DNA of 64,000 bases from Patescibacteria group bacterium (GTDB lineage: Bacteria; Patescibacteriota; Patescibacteriia; Magasanikbacterales; UBA922): contig JAHJIX010000020.1 of NCBI GenBank assembly GCA_018823045.1, forward strand, positions 20,370 through 84,369. Reading direction: 5' to 3'. The notes beneath the pieces are model-generated. The model was not told where the DNA came from. It ran no database searches and saw only the letters and a program-made list of their open reading frames with translations. Within the stretch, counting starts at the first letter, position 1, and each line of letters begins with the position of its first letter. Shown one piece after another: positions 17,406 to 27,726 of the stretch. The translations under genes and the position numbers were made by a program.

Positions 17406-17436
17406 CAGCCCTATCGGGACTATGGAGCCAGCAAAA
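17406..17436. repeat. 31-nt palindromic repeat, copy 3 (reverse orientation: GGCTCCACAGCCCTATCGGGACTATGGAGCC)
   Basis: Reverse complement is identical to copy 1 apart from the GGATCC/GGCTCC difference. Lies in the 360-bp intergenic region between the ABC exporter and atpC. Confidence 0.75.
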
Positions 17437-17610
17437 GAAAATGTTAAAGTAACAATATTATTACCACACAAAATCCCTCCCCTATGAGTGGAGGTTAGAT
17501 GGGGTCTTTCGGAGAATATAAAGAATATTTTAGATTAAACAATTTTAATTGCAAAGATGGACCCCCTCTAACTCCCCCTCGTAGGGGGAGAATTTTTATT
17601 AGTAAAAAAA

Positions 17611-17638
17611 GATTCTTCCACGAGAGGAAGAATCTTTT
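17611..17638. terminator. Bidirectional intrinsic terminator (GATTCTTCC-ACGAGA-GGAAGAATC + T-run) ending the atp operon
   Basis: Perfect 9-bp stem flanked by A7 upstream and T4 downstream. Lies 20 nt past the atpC stop (minus strand). Confidence 0.6.
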
Positions 17639-17657
17639 ATATATTTTGTATGTAATA

Positions 17658-18068
17658 TTATCGTCGATATTTCTTTCCAACACTAATACGCGCTAATTCT
17701 TTTTCAATACTCGCTTGTATACGAGCAAAGTCCACATCAGCCATATTATCTTGTTGTTTGAGCAATTCTTCTGCACGTGCTTTTGCCGCTTCTGCACGAC
17801 TCAAATCAATGTCTTCAGCACGCTCAGCAGTATCAGCAATAATAAACAACTCTCCCGTTGGACGCATTTCCATAAATCCTGTTGAAACAGCAAGTGGGAC
17901 AACATTCCCATCTTTATGAATATGCATTTCTCCTGCTTGAATAATTGATACCATTGGTGCATGTGCTTCAAGAATAGTGATCTCCCCTGCTTGTGTTGGG
18001 ATAGTCACTTTTTCTACATCATCTTGATACAAAACACCGTTTGGTGTCACAATAGTAAATGGCATCAT
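17658..18068 (-). CDS. atpC: F1 ATP synthase epsilon subunit
   Basis: 136 aa, last gene of the atp operon. 'VTPNGVLYQDDVEKVTIPTQAGEITILEAHAPM' is an epsilon beta-sandwich signature. Confidence 0.8.
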   Translation of the reverse strand: MMPFTIVTPNGVLYQDDVEKVTIPTQAGEITILEAHAPMVSIIQAGEMHIHKDGNVVPLAVSTGFMEMRPTGELFIIADTAERAEDIDLSRAEAAKARAEELLKQQDNMADVDFARIQASIEKELARISVGKKYRR

Positions 18069-18089
18069 ATGAACTTGATATAGTAAAAA

Positions 18090-19493
<1,404 letters not shown>

Positions 19494-19501
19494 TTAAAAA
19501 A

Positions 19502-20455
19502 TTATTCAAGAGCTGCAGCTCCGCTAGAAATTTCTGCAATTTCTTGTGTAATTGCGGCCTGTCTTGCTTTATTAAATGCTAATGTTAAATCTCCGACCAT
19601 TTCATCAGCCGCCTCACTTGCGCTCTTCATAGCAACCATACGTGCACTATGCTCACTTGCTGAAGACTCAAGTATCGCTTGATACAATTGAATCTCAACT
19701 AATCGTGGCATAACGTATTCTATAATTTGCTCAAGTCCTGGTTCAAAGATATATTGCTCAATAGGAAATACTTCTACCGGTTCTGATTCTTCTCCAGGAA
19801 GATCTGCAAGCATTTTTTCAATATCTACTGCACACACGGGTAATAACTGTCTTACTTTCACTTCTTGTACGAGGCTAGATTGAAAATGCGTATAGAGAAC
19901 GACCACTTTATCATAGGTCTTATCCATGTAACGCGCGTTGACCGTATTACTAATTGATAAGACATCTTCAAAACTTGGTGTTTCAGATAATTCATCATAC
20001 ACACCTACTAAGTTGAGATCATGTCTTTTTGCAAATGCAACACTTTTCTTTCCGACACCGAGCACATCAATTTCTACATTATCCATTGACGGAATAGTTT
20101 CTTCTCCTTCTACTACTCGATGACGTGCAAGATTTTCTTTGTCATGAAATAATGCACTAGCTTTTTTAATAATACTTCCATTAAATCCACCACAAAGTCC
20201 TCGATTTGAAGAAATCACCACCATTAATATCTTTTGAACAGGTCGTTTTTCTAAAAATGCATAATTTGGATCATCAATCCCAGCAAGATGATCGAGCAAC
20301 TCAGAAGCAAAGCGAGCATACATACGTGTATTTAACGCAGCGTCTACGGCTTTTCTCATTTTTGCAGCCGAAACCATCTCCATGGCTTTGGTGATTTTTT
20401 TGGTATTCTTCACGGATTTAATCCGTGTTTTAATTGCTTTGGTACTCAGTGCCAT
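19502..20455 (-). CDS. atpG: F1 ATP synthase gamma subunit
   Basis: 317 aa. N-terminal 'IKTRIKSVKNTKKITKAMEMVSAAKMRKA' and C-terminal 'AITQEIAEISSGAAALE' coiled-coil ends. Confidence 0.85.
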   Translation of the reverse strand: MALSTKAIKTRIKSVKNTKKITKAMEMVSAAKMRKAVDAALNTRMYARFASELLDHLAGIDDPNYAFLEKRPVQKILMVVISSNRGLCGGFNGSIIKKASALFHDKENLARHRVVEGEETIPSMDNVEIDVLGVGKKSVAFAKRHDLNLVGVYDELSETPSFEDVLSISNTVNARYMDKTYDKVVVLYTHFQSSLVQEVKVRQLLPVCAVDIEKMLADLPGEESEPVEVFPIEQYIFEPGLEQIIEYVMPRLVEIQLYQAILESSASEHSARMVAMKSASEAADEMVGDLTLAFNKARQAAITQEIAEISSGAAALE

Positions 20456-20465
20456 AATTCACGGC

Positions 20466-21959
20466 TTACTGTTTTTTAAATTCTTCACAAAGTGCTTTCA
20501 GAGCAGCTTCGATCTCATCGCTCCAGCTTCCTTGTTTAATTTCTGCAAGTAAACTTGCTTTTGTTGTTCGTGCAAATTCAAGTAATTTCTTTTCAAATTC
20601 ACCAACATGCGCAATATCTACATCATCAAAATATCCTTTTCCTACCGCATAGATAGAGACAACTTGTTCTTCTACAGATAATGGAGAAAATTGAGCTTGT
20701 TTTAACATTTCAGTCACACGTCTTCCACGTTCAATACTTCTTTTTGTTTCAGGATCAAGATCACTACTAAATTGCGCAAATGCTTCTAATTCACGAAACT
20801 GTGCTAAATCAAGTTTCAAACTTCCTGCAACTTTTTTCATTGGTTTAATTTGTGCAGCTCCTCCAACACGAGAAACAGACAACCCAACATTTAACGCTGG
20901 ACGAATACCTTTATAAAATAAATCTGTCTCTAAAAAGATTTGTCCATCAGTAATAGAAATCACATTTGTTGGAACATATGCTGAAATATCTCCTGCTTGT
21001 GTTTCAATAATAGGAAGAGCGGTAATTGATCCACCACCGTATTTTTCATTTAAATTACACGCACGCTCAAGAAGACGTGAATGTAAATAAAACACATCTC
21101 CAGGATACGCTTCACGACCCGGTGGACGACGAAGGAGCAAACTCATTTCACGATATGCCCACGCTTGTTTTGTTAAATCATCATAAATAACTAAAACGTC
21201 TTTTCCTTTGTCTGCAAAATATTCTGCCATAGTTACACCAGTATATGGTGCAAGATAACTCATTGGTGCTGGTTCAGATGCCCCAGCTGAAACAACGATT
21301 GTATAATCCATTGCTCCTTCTGCTTGTAATTTTGCAACGATACGTGCTACTTTTGATTCTTTTTGACCAATAGCTACATACACACAAATCACATCTTCAC
21401 CTTTTTGGTTTAAAATAGTATCAATAGCAATTGCTGTTTTTCCTGTTTGACGATCACCAATAATTAACTCACGTTGTCCACGTCCAACTGGAATCAAGGC
21501 ATCAATTGCTTTAATACCCGTTTGCATTGGCTTAGACACCGGTTCACGACTCATCACACCTGACGCCACACGCTCTACTGGGTAAAATTCTTTTGTTTTA
21601 ATATCTCCTTTTCCATCAATTGCAATTCCAAGTGAATTAACCACACGGCCAATCATTGCATCACCGACAGGCACTGACATAATTCGTCCTGTTCTCTTTA
21701 CCGTATCACCTTCTTTAATTCCTTTATAATCTCCAAGGATAATTGCACCAACGGTTTCTTCTTCTAAATTCAATGCAAGCCCAAAAACTCCGCCTGGAAA
21801 TTCAATCATTTCTTGCGCTTGACAATTCGAGAGTCCTGTCATGCGGGCAATACCATCACCCACTTCAATCACTGTTCCTACTTCTTGAACATCGACTTGT
21901 TTCTCAAAAGAATCAATATGTTTTTTCAGTGTCGCTACGACTTGATCAGTATATGACAT
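20466..21959 (-). CDS. atpA: F1 ATP synthase alpha subunit
   Basis: Walker A '[11 protein letters not shown]', '[28 protein letters not shown]' and '[30 protein letters not shown]'. Confidence 0.95.
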   Translation of the reverse strand: MSYTDQVVATLKKHIDSFEKQVDVQEVGTVIEVGDGIARMTGLSNCQAQEMIEFPGGVFGLALNLEEETVGAIILGDYKGIKEGDTVKRTGRIMSVPVGDAMIGRVVNSLGIAIDGKGDIKTKEFYPVERVASGVMSREPVSKPMQTGIKAIDALIPVGRGQRELIIGDRQTGKTAIAIDTILNQKGEDVICVYVAIGQKESKVARIVAKLQAEGAMDYTIVVSAGASEPAPMSYLAPYTGVTMAEYFADKGKDVLVIYDDLTKQAWAYREMSLLLRRPPGREAYPGDVFYLHSRLLERACNLNEKYGGGSITALPIIETQAGDISAYVPTNVISITDGQIFLETDLFYKGIRPALNVGLSVSRVGGAAQIKPMKKVAGSLKLDLAQFRELEAFAQFSSDLDPETKRSIERGRRVTEMLKQAQFSPLSVEEQVVSIYAVGKGYFDDVDIAHVGEFEKKLLEFARTTKASLLAEIKQGSWSDEIEAALKALCEEFKKQ

Positions 21960-21965
21960 ATCCGT

Positions 21966-22352
21966 TTAATTAATTTGTTGTTGTAATTGAATTAATTGCG
22001 CTTGAATACTTCCATCAAGCAAAGTATCTTCTGTTCGAATTTTGATTCCACCAATTAATGCAGGATCAATTTCTGTTGTTACTTCTGTTTTATCTCCAAA
22101 TGCTTGTTCAACCGTTTTTATCATTTCTTTTGATAACTCCCGAGCACTGGTGACATGTAGTGAGACAATACCACTCTGTTTTTTTGCATACATCTCATAT
22201 TCTTCCAGAATATATGGTAATTTTGATAACACTTGTTCTTTTCGAAGAAAGTCAGCCATCACAGCCATTGCGCTGTCAAGCTCTTCTCCTTCTTTTCCGA
22301 CTGTGAGATCATAGATCATCTTGCCGTATTGTTTTGGAATAAGTTTTGGCAT
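21966..22352 (-). CDS. atpH: F1 ATP synthase delta subunit (OSCP), short form
   Basis: Position between atpF and atpA. 128 aa with OSCP-like C-terminus 'EIDPALIGGIKIRTEDTLLDGSIQAQL'. Confidence 0.6.
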   Translation of the reverse strand: MPKLIPKQYGKMIYDLTVGKEGEELDSAMAVMADFLRKEQVLSKLPYILEEYEMYAKKQSGIVSLHVTSARELSKEMIKTVEQAFGDKTEVTTEIDPALIGGIKIRTEDTLLDGSIQAQLIQLQQQIN

Positions 22353-22359
22353 AGAGTAT

Positions 22360-22866
22360 TTATTTCAAACTAGCAAGAATTTCTTTAATGTATGCAGTGT
22401 CAGATGCTCCATCAATTTTATCACCAATAACTTTTTCTACTGCACGAACCACTAACTCTACTGTTTCTTTTCGAAGTGATTCTTGCATTTCTTTTTTATC
22501 AATAGCAATATTTTTCTTTGCCTGTACAATCAATGCATCAATTTCTGCTTTTGCCTTTGCTTTTAACTGTTCTCCTTGCTCTTTTGCTGCATTATGTGAT
22601 GCTTCAATTCTTTTATTTGCATCTACTTTTGCTTCGTCAATAATACCTTGTGCTTTTTGTTCTGCCATTTGCAATTCTGTCTTTGCTTTTTGAAAGTTTT
22701 CAATACTTGTTTTTTCTTTCTTTTGTCGTTCATCTACAACCGCCATAATTGGCTTAAATGCAAATCGTTTTAAAATCCAAAACACTACAAGAAAGTTTAT
22801 AAACTGAAACAACCCCATTTTCCAATCAAAACCAACTTTTGCCAATGTATCAAGTATATAATCCAT
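22360..22866 (-). CDS. atpF: Fo ATP synthase subunit b
   Basis: Single N-terminal TM followed by a long charged coiled coil. Position in the operon supports the call. Confidence 0.7.
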   Translation of the reverse strand: MDYILDTLAKVGFDWKMGLFQFINFLVVFWILKRFAFKPIMAVVDERQKKEKTSIENFQKAKTELQMAEQKAQGIIDEAKVDANKRIEASHNAAKEQGEQLKAKAKAEIDALIVQAKKNIAIDKKEMQESLRKETVELVVRAVEKVIGDKIDGASDTAYIKEILASLK

Positions 22867-22940
22867 ACTGATAAAAATAACTTATAAATAAATCTACATG
22901 ATGGCGTAGATAACACAATCTACGCTCGAATGTATATTCA

Positions 22941-23156
22941 TTATACAAGAAAGAATGCGACGAAAGCATAAATCGCAGTAGATTCTGCCAACGCAACACC
23001 AATAATCATTTTACCGAAAAGACTTCCTTCGATTTTAGGATTACGTCCCATTGCTTCAAACGCTTTACCAATAAGATATCCTTCTCCAAGCGCTGAACCA
23101 AACATCGAAATGGTACAAAGACCTTTTGCAATTAAACGTGCGGCTTCCATTTCCAT
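22941..23156 (-). CDS. atpE: Fo ATP synthase subunit c
   Basis: Two-helix hairpin with 'GIGQG'-like 'GSALGEGYLIGKA', a conserved carboxylate in helix 2 ('ALAES') and loop 'RNPK'. Start placed at an internal Met (the ORF-track start at 23201 adds 15 unlikely residues). Confidence 0.8.
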   Translation of the reverse strand: MEMEAARLIAKGLCTISMFGSALGEGYLIGKAFEAMGRNPKIEGSLFGKMIIGVALAESTAIYAFVAFFLV

Positions 23157-23271
23157 AGGAAAATACGTTAAATAATAAATAAAATATGTCTTTATAGACA
23201 TAGAAGAAAAAAGTATATTACTGTCTTCTTATATATCTATAAAGTATTGAATATGTACATAACAAAATAGA

Positions 23272-24063
23272 TTATGCATTTGTTTCTTCTCCACGATCAA
23301 CAGCTAACGCATAATATGCTGCTGTCAATGATCCAAATACTAATGCTTGAAGTAACCCAGTCAATAAATTCATAGCAAACCAAGGCGCAGGAACAATCAT
23401 GGCAAATGCTCCTAATAAAATAGCTGCTAAAACCTCTCCTGCATACATATTTCCAAATAAACGTAGAGACAATGAAATAACTTTTGCCAATTCAGAAATA
23501 ATATCAAGTAACCCAATTAAAAAATCAATAATTGCCAAAAATCCTGCACCAACACCTTCTTTAAATCCTATAATTACTTCTTTAAATTTAAAGAATTTTC
23601 CCAAATGACCAAATAAACCAAACTCTTTCATGCTGGCCACATGAGTCAAGACAATCATTGCTAGTGCAATACTAAATGTGGTATTAAAATCATTCGTTGG
23701 TGTTCTAAATAGTGCTACATCGTTATATGTTATTGCACTAATACCCGGAATTAATCCAATAATATTAGAAATACCAATATAAATAAATAATGTTCCAACA
23801 AGAGGAAAAATATTTTTCGCAAGTACTTTACTTCCTGTTAATGTTTCTAAAAAGTTTAAAATAGCCGTAAATAATATTTCAATTATCGTTTGAAATGTCC
23901 CTGGTACAATCTTAGCTTTTCTCAAAATTCCAACGCTTACAAATAAAAAAATGAGCATCACAAAAGCACTCATAATCATAGCATTGGTCACAGGTATGTT
24001 CCCTACTGAAAAGACAATCTCTGGTTGAATAAAAGGTTGTTCAGCTGCGACTTGAAATATCAT
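23272..24063 (-). CDS. atpB: Fo ATP synthase subunit a
   Basis: 263 aa, multi-TM. 'LSLRLFGNMYAGEVL' contains the conserved Arg of subunit a (LRLFGN motif). Confidence 0.85.
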   Translation of the reverse strand: MIFQVAAEQPFIQPEIVFSVGNIPVTNAMIMSAFVMLIFLFVSVGILRKAKIVPGTFQTIIEILFTAILNFLETLTGSKVLAKNIFPLVGTLFIYIGISNIIGLIPGISAITYNDVALFRTPTNDFNTTFSIALAMIVLTHVASMKEFGLFGHLGKFFKFKEVIIGFKEGVGAGFLAIIDFLIGLLDIISELAKVISLSLRLFGNMYAGEVLAAILLGAFAMIVPAPWFAMNLLTGLLQALVFGSLTAAYYALAVDRGEETNA

Positions 24064-24069
24064 ACAGTA

Positions 24070-24375
24070 TTACTTAGACGAAATATTATCTTTAAGCATT
24101 TGTTGAGTAATGTTTCTTTGTGAATCTTCTTCTTGTTTCAATACACGAAAATTTTGGCTAATAGACATATACAATCGGATTGTCATCAACCAAGAAAGAA
24201 TAAAGGTACAAGCAAGAGTCACAAGTGACCCATATGGAGATATATCATACGTTTTATCCATATATCTTCCAACAAAAAAACCAATCAATGCAGGAATACC
24301 AAAAATAAAGAGAATCTTTATCATGGATACAAATGTTTTATGGATCAATTCTTCACGTTTATCTGTAGTATTCAT
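24070..24375 (-). CDS. AtpI/AtpZ-like small membrane protein preceding atpB
   Basis: 101 aa with two TM helices. Sits at the position typical of atpI/atpZ. Confidence 0.4.
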   Translation of the reverse strand: MNTTDKREELIHKTFVSMIKILFIFGIPALIGFFVGRYMDKTYDISPYGSLVTLACTFILSWLMTIRLYMSISQNFRVLKQEEDSQRNITQQMLKDNISSK

Positions 24376-24514
24376 ATTTTTCTATCGTATAGGGCACAAA
24401 AATGTCCCTATTTGAAACGACAGTAGTATACATTATTTAGGCTATATCGTCAACTATTTTTTTAGATACGTGTGTATAAAGAAAAAAAGGACTTTTTGAT
24501 AAATGAAATTTGCC

Positions 24515-24542
24515 TTGACAACTCCCTCTATTCTTGTATATA
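24515..24542 (+). promoter_or_regulatory. Sigma70-like promoter (TTGACA-16-TATATA) for the small Cys-rich protein pair
   Basis: ttgaca 24515..24520, tatata 24537..24542. Followed by SD 'aaggag' 24588..24593 and a GTG start at 24604. Confidence 0.5.
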
Positions 24543-24603
24543 TTACATATGGACATTGGGTCCTTGCTAATTTTGACAGACATCACAAGGAGAAAAATTT
24601 AAC

Positions 24604-24786
24604 GTGGCAGCACCTAAAGCCGGTATACTATGCAATAACTGTTGTCGTAGAGATTTAACTATCCTACTGAATGGTATCGTTAATAAAGAAGGACATCTCG
24701 CCGTTTACTGCCAAAATAACCAATGTGGCTGTATCATTGGCTATTTGGACCTAAAAAAGCCAATAATGAGGAGGAGATTCTCATGA
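24604..24786 (+). CDS. Small Cys-rich protein (60 aa), GTG start
   Basis: 'GILCNNCCRR…VYCQNNQCGCIIG' contains 7 Cys. SD aaggag lies 10 nt upstream. Overlaps the next ORF by 4 nt (ATGA). Confidence 0.35.
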   Translation: MAAPKAGILCNNCCRRDLTILLNGIVNKEGHLAVYCQNNQCGCIIGYLDLKKPIMRRRFS

Positions 24787-24980
24787 AATGCGATTGCCCC
24801 AACTGTGGAAAGCCTGTCGTTCATGATCTTTATGATGAAGAGACTGGCTCATACACCTTCGTGTGCTATCACAAAAACTGTGCACACATTTGGCAGGTAA
24901 AAGGAGAACCCCCAGAAAAAAAGACCTGCCCACACTGTTGGGCACCACTTCCTTGTCCACGCCATAGACAATACAGGTAA
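24783..24980 (+). CDS. Small zinc-ribbon-like Cys-rich protein (65 aa)
   Basis: Internal ATG at 24783 preceded by a strong SD 'gaggagg' (24768..24774). 'CDCPNCGK…CYHKNC…CPHCWAPLPC' forms paired CxxC-type motifs. The ORF-track start at 24723 lacks an SD. Confidence 0.45.
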   Translation: MKCDCPNCGKPVVHDLYDEETGSYTFVCYHKNCAHIWQVKGEPPEKKTCPHCWAPLPCPRHRQYR

Positions 24981-25033
24981 GGATCATAAGATAAGCTTCA
25001 CAAAAAGAAAGATGTAACTTTAGGAGAATAAAA

Positions 25034-25070
25034 AAGCGCAGTTCCTCCAGGACTGCGCTTCACTCTTTTT
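25034..25070. terminator. Bidirectional intrinsic terminator (AAGCGCAGT…ACTGCGCTT + T5)
   Basis: 9-bp GC-rich stem between convergent genes, then 'cactcttttt'. Confidence 0.55.
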
Positions 25071-25087
25071 ATTAAGATACTTTTTGA

Positions 25088-26707
25088 TTATAGATACTTA
25101 TCAACAATCACTTCAGCTACTTTTAATCCATCCACTGCTGAAGACACTATTCCACCAGCGTAACCCGCTCCTTCTCCAGCTGGATAAAGTCCTGCAATAT
25201 TTGACTCTAAGCTCACTTTATCTCGCACAAGACGAAGTGGTGATGAACTTCTTGTTTCAATACCAGTAAGCACTGCATCTTTATGTGCAAATCCAACAAT
25301 CTTTTTATGAAAGACGGGCAATGCAGCACGAATGCTTTCTGCAACCACTTTAGGCAAACACTTATCTAATTCGGTCAATGTTACTCCTGGTTTATATGAA
25401 GGTGTCACACTGCGTGTATGTGTTGATGGTCGTTTTGCTAAAAAGTCACCAACTAATTGTGCAGGTGCCTTAAACTCAAAACCACCTAATGCAAAAGCTT
25501 TTTCTTCCCATTCTTTTTGAAATCGCATTCCTGCAAGCGGGTGATCATTTTCAAAATCTTCCGGACCAACATTCACCAAGAGTGCACTATTAGAATTATT
25601 TCCATCTTGCTTGTACTCACTCATACCATTGGTAACCAAACATCCTGCTTCTGATGCAGCTGGCACAACATACCCACCAGGACACATACAAAATGAATAC
25701 ACTGAACGCAATTCATCACTATGTGCTACTAACTTATATGTTGCAGCGCCTAATTTCTTTTGTGTATGAAATTTATCGTATTGTGCTTTATTAATCATCT
25801 CTGCAGTATGCTCAATACGCACACCCATAGAAAATCCTCTTTGCGCCATTTCAATCCCTCGTTCATAGAGCATTGTGTAGGTATCTCGCGCAGAGTAACC
25901 AATGGCTAACACCAAATCATTTGTTTCAATCGTTTCTTCTTTATTTACAACAATACCTTTCAACTGGCCTTCTTCTACAACGATATCTGTTAAACACGTT
26001 TCAAAACGAACTTCACCGCCAAGTGCAATAATTTCCTTCCGCATTTCTTTAACGACTTTTCGTAAATTATCTGTGCCAATATGTGGTTTTGCATCCCACA
26101 TAATATGCTCTGGTGCACCTGCATTTACAAATGATTCAAACACAAATTGCAAGCGTGGATTATTAATCACTGTATACAATTTCCCATCAGAAAAAGTCCC
26201 CGCTCCCCCTTCACCAAATTGAATATTTGACTCTGGATGTAATTCTCCTGTTTTTTCAAAATGATTGACGTCTTCTATTCGTGCATCTACATCTTTTCCT
26301 CTCTCAATCACTAAGGGTTTTGCTCCTGCTTTTGCAAGATAGAGTGCCGCAAACAAACCACTTGGCCCATTTCCTACCACAATTGGTCGTTTTTCTATAA
26401 TCGTTTTTTCTACTGAAGGAATGTCATACGCTTCATGCTCAACAATCCGAATACGATGTCGTTTCATGTTTTTCTTTACTGGTGGTGTACACAATAATTT
26501 TTTTGCATCCTCAACAGTTACTTCTACAGAATAACGGAAATAAATCATCTCTCGTTTTTTGCGTGAATCAATTGCTTTTTTTATAATCTTATACTCTTTT
26601 ATATCATCAGCACCAATACCCAACAACTCCATAATTACATGATGTAAATGCGTTTCTGGCTGCTCGATATTGAGTGTTAATTCATCTATACGGATAGTGT
26701 TGCTCAT
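25088..26707 (-). CDS. FAD-dependent oxidoreductase (COG2509-like NAD(FAD)-utilizing dehydrogenase)
   Basis: Rossmann dinucleotide motif 'IVVGNGPSGLFAALYLAKAGAKPLVIERG'. 539 aa. Confidence 0.7.
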   Translation of the reverse strand: MSNTIRIDELTLNIEQPETHLHHVIMELLGIGADDIKEYKIIKKAIDSRKKREMIYFRYSVEVTVEDAKKLLCTPPVKKNMKRHRIRIVEHEAYDIPSVEKTIIEKRPIVVGNGPSGLFAALYLAKAGAKPLVIERGKDVDARIEDVNHFEKTGELHPESNIQFGEGGAGTFSDGKLYTVINNPRLQFVFESFVNAGAPEHIMWDAKPHIGTDNLRKVVKEMRKEIIALGGEVRFETCLTDIVVEEGQLKGIVVNKEETIETNDLVLAIGYSARDTYTMLYERGIEMAQRGFSMGVRIEHTAEMINKAQYDKFHTQKKLGAATYKLVAHSDELRSVYSFCMCPGGYVVPAASEAGCLVTNGMSEYKQDGNNSNSALLVNVGPEDFENDHPLAGMRFQKEWEEKAFALGGFEFKAPAQLVGDFLAKRPSTHTRSVTPSYKPGVTLTELDKCLPKVVAESIRAALPVFHKKIVGFAHKDAVLTGIETRSSSPLRLVRDKVSLESNIAGLYPAGEGAGYAGGIVSSAVDGLKVAEVIVDKYL

Positions 26708-26760
26708 AATATATTTTTTATTAGTCCCCTTATATAGTTTGTAATACCCGACTTAGTAGA

Positions 26761-26786
26761 GATCCTTCGACTTCGCTCAGGATGAC
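26761..26786. repeat. GC-rich repeat unit GATCCTTCGACTTCGCTCAGGATGAC (rc GTCATCCTGAGCGAAGTCGAAGGATC)
   Basis: Same unit recurs as an inverted pair at 43836..43938. GC-rich against the AT-rich background. Lies just downstream of the uppS stop. Confidence 0.6.
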
Positions 26787-26795
26787 TACTTCGTG

Positions 26796-27476
26796 TCATT
26801 TTCCTTTATTGCGTTTTTGTAAATGAAACCAATCAATGGCTTTGTTTAGTTCTTTTTTATTAAATTCTGGCCAAAATACATCAGTGAAATAGTATTCCGC
26901 ATACGTACTTTGCCATGGTAAAAAGTTAGATAATCGTTTATGCCCACCTGTACGAATAAGTAAATCTACATCCGGCATTCCTACTGTATCTAAGTAATCT
27001 CCAAAACTCTTTTCTGTCACATCTTCTACAGAAATATTTGACTGCATTATTTTTTGTACTGCACGAGTGATTTCATCACGTCCACCATAAGCAACCGCTA
27101 ACGTAAGCACAAGTGTTGACTCTGTATAAGTACTCGTTTTCTCTACCACCTCTTGTAATTTGTCTTGTGTTTTTTGTGGAAGCAATGACATATTGCCAAT
27201 CACCCGAAATTGTACATTGTTTTCAATAAACTTATCGAGAGAATCTACGAGCTTATTAAATAAAGAAAATAAATGTGCTAATTCTTCTTCACTGCGTTTT
27301 AAATTTTCTGTAGAAAGTGCATACAATGTTAAAAACTTCACATCATGCGCCATAACTTCTTTGACCACAGACAAAATATTTTTTGCCCCTTGTGTATGCC
27401 CTAATAATTTTGGCATACCACGCTCAGTTGCCCAACGACGATTACCATCCATGATAGCTGCGATATGTTGTATCAT
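26796..27476 (-). CDS. uppS: Undecaprenyl diphosphate synthase (cis-prenyltransferase)
   Basis: 'HIAAIMDGNRRWA' and C-terminal 'LLIRTGGHKRLSNFLPWQSTYAEYYFTDVFWPEF' are hallmark UPPS motifs. Confidence 0.85.
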   Translation of the reverse strand: MIQHIAAIMDGNRRWATERGMPKLLGHTQGAKNILSVVKEVMAHDVKFLTLYALSTENLKRSEEELAHLFSLFNKLVDSLDKFIENNVQFRVIGNMSLLPQKTQDKLQEVVEKTSTYTESTLVLTLAVAYGGRDEITRAVQKIMQSNISVEDVTEKSFGDYLDTVGMPDVDLLIRTGGHKRLSNFLPWQSTYAEYYFTDVFWPEFNKKELNKAIDWFHLQKRNKGK

Positions 27477-27718
27477 ATGCTCTGAATTAATGCTAATTTT
27501 TCTTTTCGAGATAATTGTTTTATGCGATACTCTTCTTGCGTTGCTTCTTTTTTGCCAGTGTACGCTTTAATGTACACCACCTCTACTGGTTGCCTTGGGC
27601 GTGTATATTTTGCCCCAAGTTTCTTTCCATTATGTTCTTGTATTCTCCGCTCCACATCTGTTGTGACACCAGTATAAAGTGTCTTGTCTGCACACTCAAC
27701 AATATAGACATACCACAT
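27473..27718 (-). CDS. GIY-YIG nuclease superfamily protein (YhbQ/UPF0213-like)
   Basis: 'WYVYIVECADKTLYTGVTTDVERRIQEHN' carries the GIY…YIG…R…E motif. 81 aa. Overlaps uppS by 4 nt. Confidence 0.75.
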   Translation of the reverse strand: MWYVYIVECADKTLYTGVTTDVERRIQEHNGKKLGAKYTRPRQPVEVVYIKAYTGKKEATQEEYRIKQLSRKEKLALIQSI

Positions 27719-27726
27719 ATTACTAT

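Noticed and set aside
17495-17696. Overlapping 62-aa (-) and 65-aa (+) ORFs in the atpC-upstream intergenic region
   Set aside because: They are generated by the palindromic hairpins there, since the same sequence reads open on both strands. No SD is present. Treated as structured non-coding DNA.
24723-24782. Upstream 20-codon extension of the zinc-ribbon ORF (start at 24723)
   Set aside because: The internal ATG at 24783 has a near-perfect SD at ideal spacing, whereas 24723 has none. The extension would also be translated out of phase with the overlapping upstream gene. I preferred the shorter form.
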